64,000 nt of DNA. Source: Candidatus Gottesmanbacteria bacterium. GTDB taxonomy: Bacteria; Patescibacteriota; Microgenomatia; UBA10105; UBA927. The position numbers and the translations under genes were made by a program. The stretch spans positions 1,000,019 to 1,064,018 of the forward strand of contig JAHFKK010000001.1 of NCBI GenBank assembly GCA_023245335.1, in the 5' to 3' direction. Positions 28,473 to 38,560 of the stretch are shown in pieces; the first letter of the stretch is position 1; every line of letters starts with the position of its first letter. The notes beneath the pieces were generated by a model. It was not told where the DNA came from. It ran no database searches and worked only from the letters and a program-made list of their open reading frames with translations.

Positions 28473-29909
28473 TTGTCCTCGGCAGCTACTTCTGATAGCC
28501 TAGATAGTGTGAAGAAACATGCCGTAAAATTCGTCCATCATGCTAAACACATCGCGCACCACCTTCGAAACCATCGGGCAATCACGCGGCGTAACGTGCT
28601 TCTTTTCTTCGTGGGACTGAACATTTTCTTTCTTTTCGTCATTATGATGAATACCATGAGTTTCCCGAACACTATGGTCGGCGGCGTCAACCTGGGACTC
28701 AAAACAAAAACCTATATACGAAACTATCTGGCCGGAGTATATGGCACACCATTTAAACTCACCATCAATTCCCATACGTACGATTTGAACTATGAGCACA
28801 TCGGGGTATATATGAACCCCGATGGCGCCATAAACGAAATATTTGCACCCAATACTAAGCCTTTTCCCGAAAACGTCGGGGCGTTTGTCGCGTCGGTCTT
28901 TCAGAAGCGTCCCGTAAAGATCCCATTGTCATTCTCCCAGGAATTCTACGAATACGTCACCAAAATAAACATCGCAGGAAGCAACCACAACGATATAGTG
29001 TACGTGAATCAGGAAAATAAACAGGTGACACTCTTCACGCCCGAACAACGATATCGTATAAATACCTCCCTATTTCAGACTGAACTCACGAAGCGGTTCG
29101 GGAGACACGAAGATGCGTTACTGGTCCCGCTGGTCGAAGTACCCAATACACTTGAAAAAGACGTAGAGGCAGCAAACACCAAACTCCTTGCCGCCTATAA
29201 AGATCCTCTCACCGTGATCGTCGGGATCAACAGTGCCAACCGCTTCCTCACCCTGTCGCCTGATGACCTCCGACGTTACACGGTTGCAAGTATTTCGGCC
29301 AATTCCCACGACGTACAACTCAACGTAAATAGCAAAGCGTTTGCCCCGGATCTCTCACGGGCTCTTGCCGTGTACACCGCATCGTTTAACCCGACGCTCG
29401 CAAGCGAAAAAATCGGTGACGAGATGAAAAACGCACTGCTTACCCGTATGACCGGCTCACCCATGGATTCCATCAAGGTCGGCATAGACAACGGGCCGAA
29501 TACGGACGGAGAAATAGCCACGAAATATATAGAGATCGATATTTCCCAACAAAAACTTTTCACATTCAACCAGGGCAAACTGGTGAAAACGTACCGCGTG
29601 TCTACCGGCAAGGACTACCCTACACCAGTCGGAAGATTTGCCATTCTCAATAAGGCAGGACTCGGATACTCATCGATCTATAACGTCTGGATGCCATACT
29701 GGATGGCGTTTTCGTTTTCCGACGTCTTGCACGCCTATTTCGGAATTCATGAGCTCCCTTATTACTACACCGGGGGGACGAAGATCCAACGCCCGAGGGA
29801 CTTCATCGGAGCGCCCAATACGGGCGGGTGTGTGGCTCTGGACATCGGTGACGCGAAAGAGGTTTACCAGTTTTCCGATATCGGTACCCCGGTCGTCATT
29901 TACCAATAG
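28473..29909 (+). CDS. L,D-transpeptidase (YkuD domain) with N-terminal TM and large extracellular domain
   Basis: C-terminal catalytic motif HELPYYYTGG...SGGCVAL (here H...APNTGGCVALDIGDAKEVY). Confidence 0.8.
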   Translation: MSSAATSDSLDSVKKHAVKFVHHAKHIAHHLRNHRAITRRNVLLFFVGLNIFFLFVIMMNTMSFPNTMVGGVNLGLKTKTYIRNYLAGVYGTPFKLTINSHTYDLNYEHIGVYMNPDGAINEIFAPNTKPFPENVGAFVASVFQKRPVKIPLSFSQEFYEYVTKINIAGSNHNDIVYVNQENKQVTLFTPEQRYRINTSLFQTELTKRFGRHEDALLVPLVEVPNTLEKDVEAANTKLLAAYKDPLTVIVGINSANRFLTLSPDDLRRYTVASISANSHDVQLNVNSKAFAPDLSRALAVYTASFNPTLASEKIGDEMKNALLTRMTGSPMDSIKVGIDNGPNTDGEIATKYIEIDISQQKLFTFNQGKLVKTYRVSTGKDYPTPVGRFAILNKAGLGYSSIYNVWMPYWMAFSFSDVLHAYFGIHELPYYYTGGTKIQRPRDFIGAPNTGGCVALDIGDAKEVYQFSDIGTPVVIYQ

Positions 29910-30474
29910 CACTTGCCGAACTGCGGACTTTCTTTACAATTGCGGTTGTCGAATTGACGTACGGCAACACCATGACAACGGGCTCTATCCGGGATCCCAA
30001 ATTACGATTGGCATAATCGACCGCACGGATCTTTTGCATGAAGTGCTGATCTTCTACCTCCATGGCTATCTTATCGGGATTCAACTGCACCAGAACATGC
30101 GCATTCTCCGGTATATCATCCGGCGGAATCGCGGTTTCGTCGACAAATACGGCGTCCACGTTCTCAAATTCGCTGACCACCACATCACGGAACCGTTCAA
30201 TGGGTCGGTCCGCACCCTTATACTTCACCGCATACTCAGCGGAGGCAAGTTTGAGTAATACTAAGTCCGCGTATTTTTTTGCTTCCCGTATATGCTGGAC
30301 GTGTCCCGGATGCGTGAGATCCCATGTACCCTCAAGTAGAATAACGGTCTTGCCGCGCTCATGTGCAACTTTCACGAATTCGCACGATTCATCCCGATTG
30401 AGAAGCTTATGTATGGGAGACAACTCTACTTCTCTCAGTTTGATGCGTGACGATACGAGACGTTCAACTGCCAT
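29896..30474 (-). CDS. Cytidylyltransferase-like nucleotidyltransferase (TagD/RfaE-domain-II family; candidate glycerol-3-phosphate cytidylyltransferase)
   Basis: (T/H)xGH motif in GTWDLTHPGHVQHIREAKKYADLVLL. The ORF track extends to 30606 but those 44 N-terminal residues are Cys/Pro-rich and look non-coding, so the ATG at 30474 is preferred. Confidence 0.65.
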   Translation of the reverse strand: MAVERLVSSRIKLREVELSPIHKLLNRDESCEFVKVAHERGKTVILLEGTWDLTHPGHVQHIREAKKYADLVLLKLASAEYAVKYKGADRPIERFRDVVVSEFENVDAVFVDETAIPPDDIPENAHVLVQLNPDKIAMEVEDQHFMQKIRAVDYANRNLGSRIEPVVMVLPYVNSTTAIVKKVRSSASAIGK

Positions 30475-30669
30475 ATGTATAAAACATTGGGCAGGAGGAT
30501 AGTAGCAGGTGTGGGTGATCATGGAGTCGCCCGCTTCCAACGCTAATGCGGAGCATTTGCGGGCAGGGACCATGCACCTTTGTGGGTCAGGATGGAGTCG
30601 GACCATCCACCTCTTTCTTATCAGGAAAGCGTTCTACCGCTGAACTACTGACCCAAATGATATCCTAAG

Positions 30670-33144
30670 ATGTCAGTAATTGTATCATACGTGCGTATAG
30701 GGCCTCAATTGAAACTTCGCCTCGATGCTGTTACGCTAACGGGTATGTTTGACCGCTGGAAGCGATATCTTCCCGTTGGTATCATCATTCTTTTTTCTTT
30801 CTTCCTTTTCCGGAACTATTTTCTGAAAGGCCTGGTCCCGTTCCCGGCGAACTTACTGGTTGCGACATACGAGCCGTGGAGAAGTTATCCGGTGCCGGAA
30901 TATCCCAACGGTCCGCCGAATAAGCCCATGGGGTTTGACAACATCCGCATTTATTATCCTCTCAAAAAAGTAGCAATTGATCTCGTCAAACACGCGAAAC
31001 CTCCTTTGTGGAATCCATATAATTTCACCGGCAACCCGATACTCGCGACGTACCAGTCCGCGATATTTCACCCACTTTCATTTCTCTACCTCCTCCTTCC
31101 GCAAATCGATGCATGGAGTATTATCATCATCCTTCAGCCTATCCTTGCGGGACTTGCGATGTATGCGTTTCTTTCGGCATTGGAATTTTCGATGTCTGCG
31201 TGCCTATTGGGCGCCCTCACGTTTGCATTTTCCGGATTTTTCATCGTGTGGTGGGAAGAAGCCTTCATGTTCACCTACTCGGCATTATTCCTCCCGATCG
31301 CGCTTACCGCCGTTGAATTATTCCTCAAAAGCCGTCGCCGCATCTGGCTTGCCGTATTCGCACTGAGTCTTGCCGGTTCAATCGTATCGGGCGCATTCCA
31401 AATGACGTTTTATGTCTTCCTTTTTACGGCCGCCTGGATCACATACCGGCTGTGGCACGAAAAAAAGAAGTGGCAGTTTTTTGGGATGTTCCTGGGGGCA
31501 GGCATAATCGCCCTCCTTCTTGGAAGCGTTCATCTCCTCCCTAGCATGGAAGCATATTATCACTCCGCGCGTATATCCGCAGACGCCAAGTATATTTTTG
31601 ACGCGTACCTCCTGCCGCTTACACAGCTTATCACCCTCATCGCTCCCGACTATTTCGGCAACCCCGGCACGTATAACTATTTCGGATCAGGATTTTATCA
31701 CGAACGTATGATGTGGTTCGGCGTCGTGCCGCTTTTCTTTGTTCTCATGGAATTTATGCATCCGTCTCAAAAACGACATGCATTATTTTTCCGGATCGCA
31801 TTTCTGGTTACGCTTTCATTGGTCCTTGCTCTCCCCACGACATGGCTTCTCCTCTACTATCTCAAACTTCCGTTGCTTTCGACCCTGACCCCATCGCGCA
31901 TGATGATGCTGGTCACATTCTCGGCGGCGGTTCTTACCGCTTATGGCGTAGAAACATACTGGCAGGGAATCCAAAAACGGACGCTGGTCATAACAACGCT
32001 CCTCCTGGGAGCAAGCATTGCGGTCGCAGGCTTCTATCCTATCTACATCCATCATCTACAGCCCAAACTGACGATGTATTATATGGTGTCACTCCGAAAT
32101 CTCGTCATCCCGACGGCAAGTCTCGGCATCATCGTTATCACTCTTTTCGTGAGCCGGGTACATAAGCGACTCCGGCCGGTAGGTTTTGCTATCCTCACGG
32201 CGGTGCTACTCACCGGCAGCGTTCTGTTTGCGCAAAAATTTCTCTATTTTTCTGAACGGAGATTTATTTATCCGGCGACGCCAGTCCTTAGTGAATTGCA
32301 AAAACGCGCCGGGTTCGACCGATTTTGGACGTACGAGAATGGGTATATAGAAAAAAACTTCGCCACATACTATGGATTATTTAGTCCCGAAGGATACGAC
32401 TCCATCACCATCCGGCGGTACGGTGAACTATTGAGTTTCGCTGACTCGCACGGCGCCTCCATGACGTCTTCCCGTTCGGATGCGCTCATCCAGTCTACCG
32501 ACCATCTCAACAACATTCTCACCGATCCCTACAGGAAAAAACTTCTGGAGCTCCTGGACGTGCGGTATATCTTGCAACGGTTACTGCCTGACAGAAGCGA
32601 AAAAGCCGTATTGCCCGACCCTACGCAACTTCCGACTGTCTGGAAAGACAATACGTATGCAATTCATGAATATAAAGAGGCTCTCCCTCATGCTGCGTTA
32701 TATAGCTTGGTAGCGGTGATTCCCGACGGAAAAACAGAACTCACCGCCATGTTCGACACAACAACAGATATCCATACCCGTCTGTTTCTTGAACAAAAAC
32801 CGGAAGGATTAACCCTGAATCCCGAAGCAACAGGAACTGCTTCAATCACCGGTATACAACCGAATTCCGTCTCTATCCGGACGCAAACCACCGACGCCAT
32901 GATGCTTTTCCTTTCGGATGCATACTATCCGGGCTGGAATGCTTATATTGATAGTGTAAAAACTCCGGTGTATCGTGCGGACTATGCGTTTAGGGCCGTC
33001 GCAGTGCCCAAAGGAACCCATATAGTGATATTCAAATATGAGCCGCTGTCCTGGAAGTTAGGTCTCATACTATCGAGCATAGGAATAGTTTTCCTTGGAT
33101 TTCTCGTGCTAACAAAAAACATCACACAACTAAAAAAGAAGTAA
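30670..33144 (+). CDS. YfhO-family membrane glycosyltransferase (GT-C fold)
   Basis: 824 aa, polytopic. Conserved C-terminal YfhO signature DAYYPGWNAYIDSVKTPVYRADYAFRAVAVPKGTHIVIFKYEP. Confidence 0.8.
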   Translation: MSVIVSYVRIGPQLKLRLDAVTLTGMFDRWKRYLPVGIIILFSFFLFRNYFLKGLVPFPANLLVATYEPWRSYPVPEYPNGPPNKPMGFDNIRIYYPLKKVAIDLVKHAKPPLWNPYNFTGNPILATYQSAIFHPLSFLYLLLPQIDAWSIIIILQPILAGLAMYAFLSALEFSMSACLLGALTFAFSGFFIVWWEEAFMFTYSALFLPIALTAVELFLKSRRRIWLAVFALSLAGSIVSGAFQMTFYVFLFTAAWITYRLWHEKKKWQFFGMFLGAGIIALLLGSVHLLPSMEAYYHSARISADAKYIFDAYLLPLTQLITLIAPDYFGNPGTYNYFGSGFYHERMMWFGVVPLFFVLMEFMHPSQKRHALFFRIAFLVTLSLVLALPTTWLLLYYLKLPLLSTLTPSRMMMLVTFSAAVLTAYGVETYWQGIQKRTLVITTLLLGASIAVAGFYPIYIHHLQPKLTMYYMVSLRNLVIPTASLGIIVITLFVSRVHKRLRPVGFAILTAVLLTGSVLFAQKFLYFSERRFIYPATPVLSELQKRAGFDRFWTYENGYIEKNFATYYGLFSPEGYDSITIRRYGELLSFADSHGASMTSSRSDALIQSTDHLNNILTDPYRKKLLELLDVRYILQRLLPDRSEKAVLPDPTQLPTVWKDNTYAIHEYKEALPHAALYSLVAVIPDGKTELTAMFDTTTDIHTRLFLEQKPEGLTLNPEATGTASITGIQPNSVSIRTQTTDAMMLFLSDAYYPGWNAYIDSVKTPVYRADYAFRAVAVPKGTHIVIFKYEPLSWKLGLILSSIGIVFLGFLVLTKNITQLKKK

Positions 33145-33545
33145 TATCGCACGAACATACATATATGGCACTAGGATTTAGAATAGAAAAATTGCTTTTC
33201 GGAGAGAAGCGGGCAGAGATTAATGCGGCTGCCAGAAAAGCAGACAAGCTTTTGCGTAAACCCATACCACCTTTATTTGAAACGACGGTTCTTTATGTGG
33301 CAAGGAGCTATCTCAGTTGGGGAGCCGCTTCACAAGACAGACAACTCCAACTAGCTCAGTATATTGAAGCGGTCAGCGCAAAAATTCATATACAAACAGA
33401 GGGGAAAAAGGAGCTTAGACCAGCAAGAAAACAATCTTGAGGCGCGGAAGGTTGATGGTTGGTTAATGAGTAGATTCCGATATACGAATTTACCAACCAT
33501 CAATGTCGTGTACTCACGACGTGATTGACTGACTAATATCACTTG

Positions 33546-33617
33546 AGGCGCGGAAGGGAATCGAACCCTTGCATAGAAGTTTTGCAGACTCCCGCGTTAC
33601 CACTTCGCCACCGCGCC
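33546..33617 (-). tRNA. tRNA-Cys (GCA)
   Basis: Reverse complement folds as a cloverleaf: acceptor GGCGCGG/CCGCGCC, anticodon stem GGAGT/ACTTC with loop CTGCAAA (anticodon GCA), T-arm AAGGG-TTCGATT-CCCTT. CCA is not encoded. Confidence 0.8.
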
Positions 33618-33778
33618 ATATACACTACACTATTTCTATAGACATTCTCCCGCGTTATCCCCTTTGGGGATTGATCGGCTACTAAACTCTCGCGATAAGA
33701 TCGGGATCGTTAACTAGCCATCAAGCCAATCCCCACCGCGCCAATGTTTCTTATTGTACCAAGAACCTTCTTGCCACG

Positions 33779-36160
33779 CTAGCTTTTTCGTCGGCCAGTC
33801 CATGCAAATCCTAACCAGAATACAAACGATATTATAGATAATGCGATGCCCCAATTCAGTGACGCCGGTTCATACCGAAACATGACCGTATGTTTACCCT
33901 TGGGCACCACCACCCCCCGAAATGCATAGTTCGTCCGGTAGACCGTTACCTCGTTTTCGTCTACCGTCGCCTTCCAGCCCGGATAGTCGTTGTCGGATAA
34001 TACTAAAAACGCCATTGTCTGTGTTTGCGTATGGATACTCACACGGTCGGTCTCATAGGAAGAAATTGTAGCCGATCCAACGACCCCGTCAGTATGTATC
34101 CATCCGCTTACCGGGGTTTCGACAAACGACGTTGTAGCAAGATTCGTACCTTCCGCAAACATACTCATAAGTTCTTTGTCCGGGTCCGCAATTGATATCA
34201 CGCGGTTCGTAAGATATGCCCTTGGATATGCGGACTGCCTTTGGTATACAACCCAATTGGCATCTTCCCACAGCCGATCACAGTTCCTGGAATCTAACGG
34301 ATCTTTCGGCCTACAACTATTCATTTCTGATTTCCTGACCAGGAGTCCTTCCGTTCCGGTCATATCCCAAAACCGTTCACGGCGCTTTGAAAGCGCCGCA
34401 CTCACAGAAGCATCCGGAACTACCGTGACATCGCTTCTGAGTATTCCGTTGGATCTGTCCCCCGTATTGACATACGAAACCAGCTCGCCGTACCGCCTGA
34501 CGTATAACGGATCGTAATAATTATCGTCGTAAAAACGGTAATACGTCGCGAAATCAGTTGCAATGGACGCCGTGCCAGTATATGCCACCCTGTTAGGCGC
34601 AAACGACCGGAGCGCGGTAAGAAGTCTGTGTTGCGGCATGACATTTTGCGTGTTGGTAAATGGTATAAATTTGTACGCGTCGTAAGCACCGAATACCAAA
34701 ACAGTCATGATAACAATCCATCCGACGACGCGGCGGGAAACATTCGTATACAGTGAAATAAAAAGTGTCAGCATTATGATGCCGTAGGCCGCCGATTCGA
34801 GCATCGTATTCCGCAGAGCAATTGAGAAACACGCCGTTATAATGGGATTGTTACATGGAACATGCAATCGGACGAGTGTGATTGTGACAAAGAGTATTAT
34901 TCCCAACATCGCTCCGACGCCGATGATTAGCCACAACATAGTTCGCGTCTTCTTCACCCTCAGAAACGCATCCATTCCGAGTCCGGCAAGCATAGCTATG
35001 GCAAATGTAGCCATGCTCATGATCCGGGATGGAGCCCCGGTCGTAAGGATCGGAATCGGCAGCCGATAAAGAAACTCCGTTCCCCACCATCGGAGGGACA
35101 AGAGGACGGAACCGATAGCGACGCCGGCAAAAAATATCGGAAGCAAAGGGTGTTTCCCCTTGCGGAATACCATCGCAAATACGGCAAAGAGAAACGCACC
35201 GCTTCCGACCGATGAAACGCTTTCAATATATTCGACCCGACCCCAATAATTGTAGATCGCGGGATTGCCGAAAAAATTCGGGACGAGAACGGTGATGAAA
35301 TGCCCGATCGGGACGAGGAACTTCAAAAAAATAAATGCGGAAGTTTGGGTAGAAATCGCCGCCCTGGTCGAAAGTTCGGCAGTCGGAATGAGCTGAAATG
35401 CAACAAGCCCTAGACCCAAAATTCCTGCGATCACAAGCGTCATCCAAAGAGCAGTATCCTTCACCCTTCCGCTCTCGCGTACACGAAAAACCGCGTATGC
35501 CACAGCAACGAATAGCATGTAGAGGGATAACTGAGGGAATCCGGTCAATATAACCCAAGAAATCGCGACCGGCAGCCAGCCGACCCCACCCCTTCTTCTC
35601 AAAACGAGCCGATCAATGCTCCACAACAGAAACGGGAGTCCGGCGTACGCGTAGAGATATGTCCCGAATATGGAATTGGTGATGACATATCCCGAAACCA
35701 GCCACACTACTGCGGCAAATACCATCCCGACAGGAGTCATACCAAGGGATGCGGTATACAAAAAACTAAAGACCGCTATGGCCAGAAATTGCCCGACGTA
35801 CAGTGTTGTCCACGCGTGTGCGGGCGATGCGACGAAAAACGCGAGACTCAATGGATTTACCAAACCAAAATGTTGTATGGCAAAAAGCGGCTGACCGGCA
35901 CCATTATACGGATTCCATAACGGCAGGCGACCCTGACGCATAAGGTTTGCTGAAAGGACTTTAAAAGGAAATATCTGGCGGAAGACATCGTCTCCGATTG
36001 CTTTATGGGGAATTGCGGGTACGCCGTTTACTGCTGTGTCTGTCTTCCATGGCTCAAACCAAGCTCTTTGAAAATCTCCCGAAAACGGAACTACTCCGCG
36101 GGACCAGAGTATGGAAATGGCGACTATCGCAATAAGTACGACGGAGATATACCGACGCAT
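33779..36160 (-). CDS. YfhO-family membrane glycosyltransferase (second paralog)
   Basis: 793 aa. C-terminal DNDYPGWKATVDENEVTVYRTNYAFRGVVVPKGKHTVMFRYEP is homologous to the paralog at 30670. Confidence 0.8.
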   Translation of the reverse strand: MRRYISVVLIAIVAISILWSRGVVPFSGDFQRAWFEPWKTDTAVNGVPAIPHKAIGDDVFRQIFPFKVLSANLMRQGRLPLWNPYNGAGQPLFAIQHFGLVNPLSLAFFVASPAHAWTTLYVGQFLAIAVFSFLYTASLGMTPVGMVFAAVVWLVSGYVITNSIFGTYLYAYAGLPFLLWSIDRLVLRRRGGVGWLPVAISWVILTGFPQLSLYMLFVAVAYAVFRVRESGRVKDTALWMTLVIAGILGLGLVAFQLIPTAELSTRAAISTQTSAFIFLKFLVPIGHFITVLVPNFFGNPAIYNYWGRVEYIESVSSVGSGAFLFAVFAMVFRKGKHPLLPIFFAGVAIGSVLLSLRWWGTEFLYRLPIPILTTGAPSRIMSMATFAIAMLAGLGMDAFLRVKKTRTMLWLIIGVGAMLGIILFVTITLVRLHVPCNNPIITACFSIALRNTMLESAAYGIIMLTLFISLYTNVSRRVVGWIVIMTVLVFGAYDAYKFIPFTNTQNVMPQHRLLTALRSFAPNRVAYTGTASIATDFATYYRFYDDNYYDPLYVRRYGELVSYVNTGDRSNGILRSDVTVVPDASVSAALSKRRERFWDMTGTEGLLVRKSEMNSCRPKDPLDSRNCDRLWEDANWVVYQRQSAYPRAYLTNRVISIADPDKELMSMFAEGTNLATTSFVETPVSGWIHTDGVVGSATISSYETDRVSIHTQTQTMAFLVLSDNDYPGWKATVDENEVTVYRTNYAFRGVVVPKGKHTVMFRYEPASLNWGIALSIISFVFWLGFAWTGRRKS

Positions 36161-36193
36161 AACACCATGTATTCTACGCTATTTGCTCGAGAG

Positions 36194-36883
36194 TTATAGC
36201 ACCGAGGAAATTTTTTCAAACGTGGCGCGGATAGCTTTGTCGGGAAACATCTGATCTTTGGTAAACTCGTTCGGCACTACGAAACACGTCACCCCTGCCG
36301 CGATTGCGGATGCCGCACCGACGGTAGAATCTTCTATCGCGATCGTCGTTTTTGGATTCGTATTGAGAAGCTCGATCGCCTTGAGGTACATATCGGGCGC
36401 CGGTTTTTTCGGCAGTCCGAAATCGCCCAGTGCCACGATAATCGGAAAATACTGAAGAAGGTTTGTCCCACGCAAATTCCGGATAACTTCCTCCCGATGG
36501 ACCTGCGAAGAAATCGCCATGAGGATACCTTTGGCATACAGGCGTTTGACTATGTCGACTGCGGGTTCGATAAGAACGATGCCATAATCCCGCTGCATTT
36601 GTTGGTACAGACCAAGTTTACGGTAATGTACCTTCAAAAAAATAGATTCAGAAAATTCCTTACCCAGACCGGTGAAGACCCGCTCATAAAATTTCAGCGG
36701 ATCGACCCCGACGCCTTCATGGACATAGAGTTCTTTGGTGAGCTCAATTCCCACTTCGGAAAGGGCGAGCTTGTGGGCGGCAAAATGATAGGATTCCGAG
36801 TCCACCAGTACGCCGTCCATATCCCACACCACGGCATATGCGTCGTCGAATAGTTTGGTAAATTGTGCGGTTTCTTCAGTCAT
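36194..36883 (-). CDS. HAD-IA hydrolase (beta-phosphoglucomutase/phosphatase-like)
   Basis: Motif I DMDGVLVDSE, motif III K....., motif IV IEDSTVG. Confidence 0.75.
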   Translation of the reverse strand: MTEETAQFTKLFDDAYAVVWDMDGVLVDSESYHFAAHKLALSEVGIELTKELYVHEGVGVDPLKFYERVFTGLGKEFSESIFLKVHYRKLGLYQQMQRDYGIVLIEPAVDIVKRLYAKGILMAISSQVHREEVIRNLRGTNLLQYFPIIVALGDFGLPKKPAPDMYLKAIELLNTNPKTTIAIEDSTVGAASAIAAGVTCFVVPNEFTKDQMFPDKAIRATFEKISSVL

Positions 36884-37561
36884 GACCGACTTATTATGGC
36901 AGATTTATCACGGATTACAATGGGATTCCCACAAAAAATCCCTGGCGGAGCCAGGGAAATTTGTTTAATCCACCCGATCTTCCTTTGCGCCTTACCTACT
37001 ATTCGTAGCGCGGCGCAAAGAGCGATCTTTAGCGGACTTCGGTGCCTTTAGCAACCGGATGGTGATAGGGTTCACCCAGAGCAATGAAAAGAAACCACAC
37101 CGCATAGAGCGGAAGCAATTATCTTTTCGTGCATAGGGTTAGGGATTTGAGAGAAAACTAGAAAAGATCATCCCGCTAAATGCGGAATATCTCGATCATG
37201 AACTAGTTTTCAAATAGAAAGGAGGTGATCCATCCCCAGCTTCGGCTAGGGATACCTTGTTACGACTTAGTCCCCATCGCTGAACTTACCTTCGACTCGT
37301 AAACGAATCTTCGGGTACTTTCAACTTTGGTGGCTTGACGGGCGGTGTGTACAAGACCCGAGAACGTATTCACCGCGGCCTGCTGATCCGCGATTACTAC
37401 CAATTCCAACTTCATGAGGTCGGGTTGCAGACCTCAATCTGAATTGAGGCGAAATTTTAGAGATTTGCTTGGCATTACTACCTTGCGTCCCGTTGTTATT
37501 CGCCATTGTAGGGTGTGTGTGGCCCAGGGCATAAGCGCCGTGCTGACTTGACGTCGTCCCC

Positions 37562-37690
37562 TCCTTCCTCCCCCTCTCTATAAACAGAAGTAAATAGTAA
37601 TGAGTAAATAGTAAGTAGATTAAAAACAAAAACGTTTTCTTTCTATTCACTACTCACTATTTACTATTCACTCTTCCGTCCATAGAGAGG
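37562..37690 (-). repeat. ~128-nt palindromic expansion replacing 16S helix 40, built from a TAAATAGTAA-type repeat unit
   Basis: It lies between GGAGACCGCC and GAGGAAGG, where E. coli has the 15-nt h40 hairpin. It forms the stem ccctctctat...atagagaggg with internal tandem repeats taaatagtaaNgag. Confidence 0.7.
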
Positions 37691-37760
37691 GGGCGGTCTC
37701 CGATGACACTTGTAACATCGGATAGGGGTTGCGCTCGTTGTCCCACTTAAGGGAACACCC

Positions 37761-37791
<31 letters not shown>

Positions 37792-37905
37792 GCTGTGCTA
37801 CCATCCTTGCGGATCCCCTCCCATTTCTGGATGGGTAAACGGTAGCATGTCAAACCCTGGTGAGGTCCTTCGCTTTGTCTCGAATTGAACCACACGCTCC
37901 ACTGG

Positions 37906-37937
<32 letters not shown>

Positions 37938-38326
37938 TAAGCTTGCGCTCGTATTCCCCAGGCGGTCTGCTTAACGCGTTAGCTTACGACAGACAGATTG
38001 CTCTGCCCATCTAGCAGACATGCGTTTAGGGCTAGGACTACGCAGGTCTCTAATCTGCTTCGCTCCCCTAGCTTTCGTGTCTCAGCGTCAGATATTGGCC
38101 AGAAAGGTGCCTTCGCCTTCGGTGTTCCTCATGATATCAACGCATTTCACTGCTTCACCATGAGTTCCCCTTTCCTCTCCAATCCTCGTAGTTTACCCAT
38201 CTCGTATCCAACGTCGAGGTTAAGCCTCGAGCTTTCAGATACGATGCGGTATACCGCCTACACGACACTTTACGCCCAGTAAATCCGGATAACGCTTGCA
38301 CCCTACGTATTACCGCGACTGCTGGC

Positions 38327-38560
38327 CTGTCACACATTGTGACAAACTTTGGACTATATCTTCATCCCGATTCGTATCGGGAGTCTCGCGTATAGTCTCT
38401 GAGGACTCTCTCCGCCAAAGGCGGAGGTTGCCTGCTGATTGTCTTGATACATGTCTGCTGTGTAGCAGAATACTTCGCGGTATATCAAGGTGTTCCAGCA
38501 TATAGCGAGATTTTCTTTCATTACATTACTGTATGACTACGCACCAAACCCCTTACCGGG
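38327..38560 (-). other. ~234-nt insertion in 16S rRNA at E. coli position ~514/515 (within the 515F primer site)
   Basis: Conserved flanks ...ACTACGTGAC | insert | GCCAGCAGTCGCGGTAATAC. The insert is hairpin-rich and has no ORF. Confidence 0.7.

Noticed and set aside
33664-33735. Possible second tRNA (ggggatt...aatcccc).
   Set aside because: The terminal 7-nt inverted repeat could form an acceptor stem, but no D-arm, anticodon arm or T-arm pairing can be drawn. It is more likely a hairpin or att remnant.
36900-37220. Looked for tRNA-Ile/Ala or a 23S start downstream of the 16S.
   Set aside because: No cloverleaf or GTTCGAATC-type T-loop and no 23S 5' sequence. There is only a 10-bp inverted repeat (gagaaaactag/ctagttttc).
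37562-37690. Checked whether the TAAATAGTAA tandem units are a CRISPR array.
   Set aside because: There are only two loci, the units are 10-14 nt with no unique spacers, and they sit within an rRNA helix and one intergenic hairpin. This is not CRISPR.
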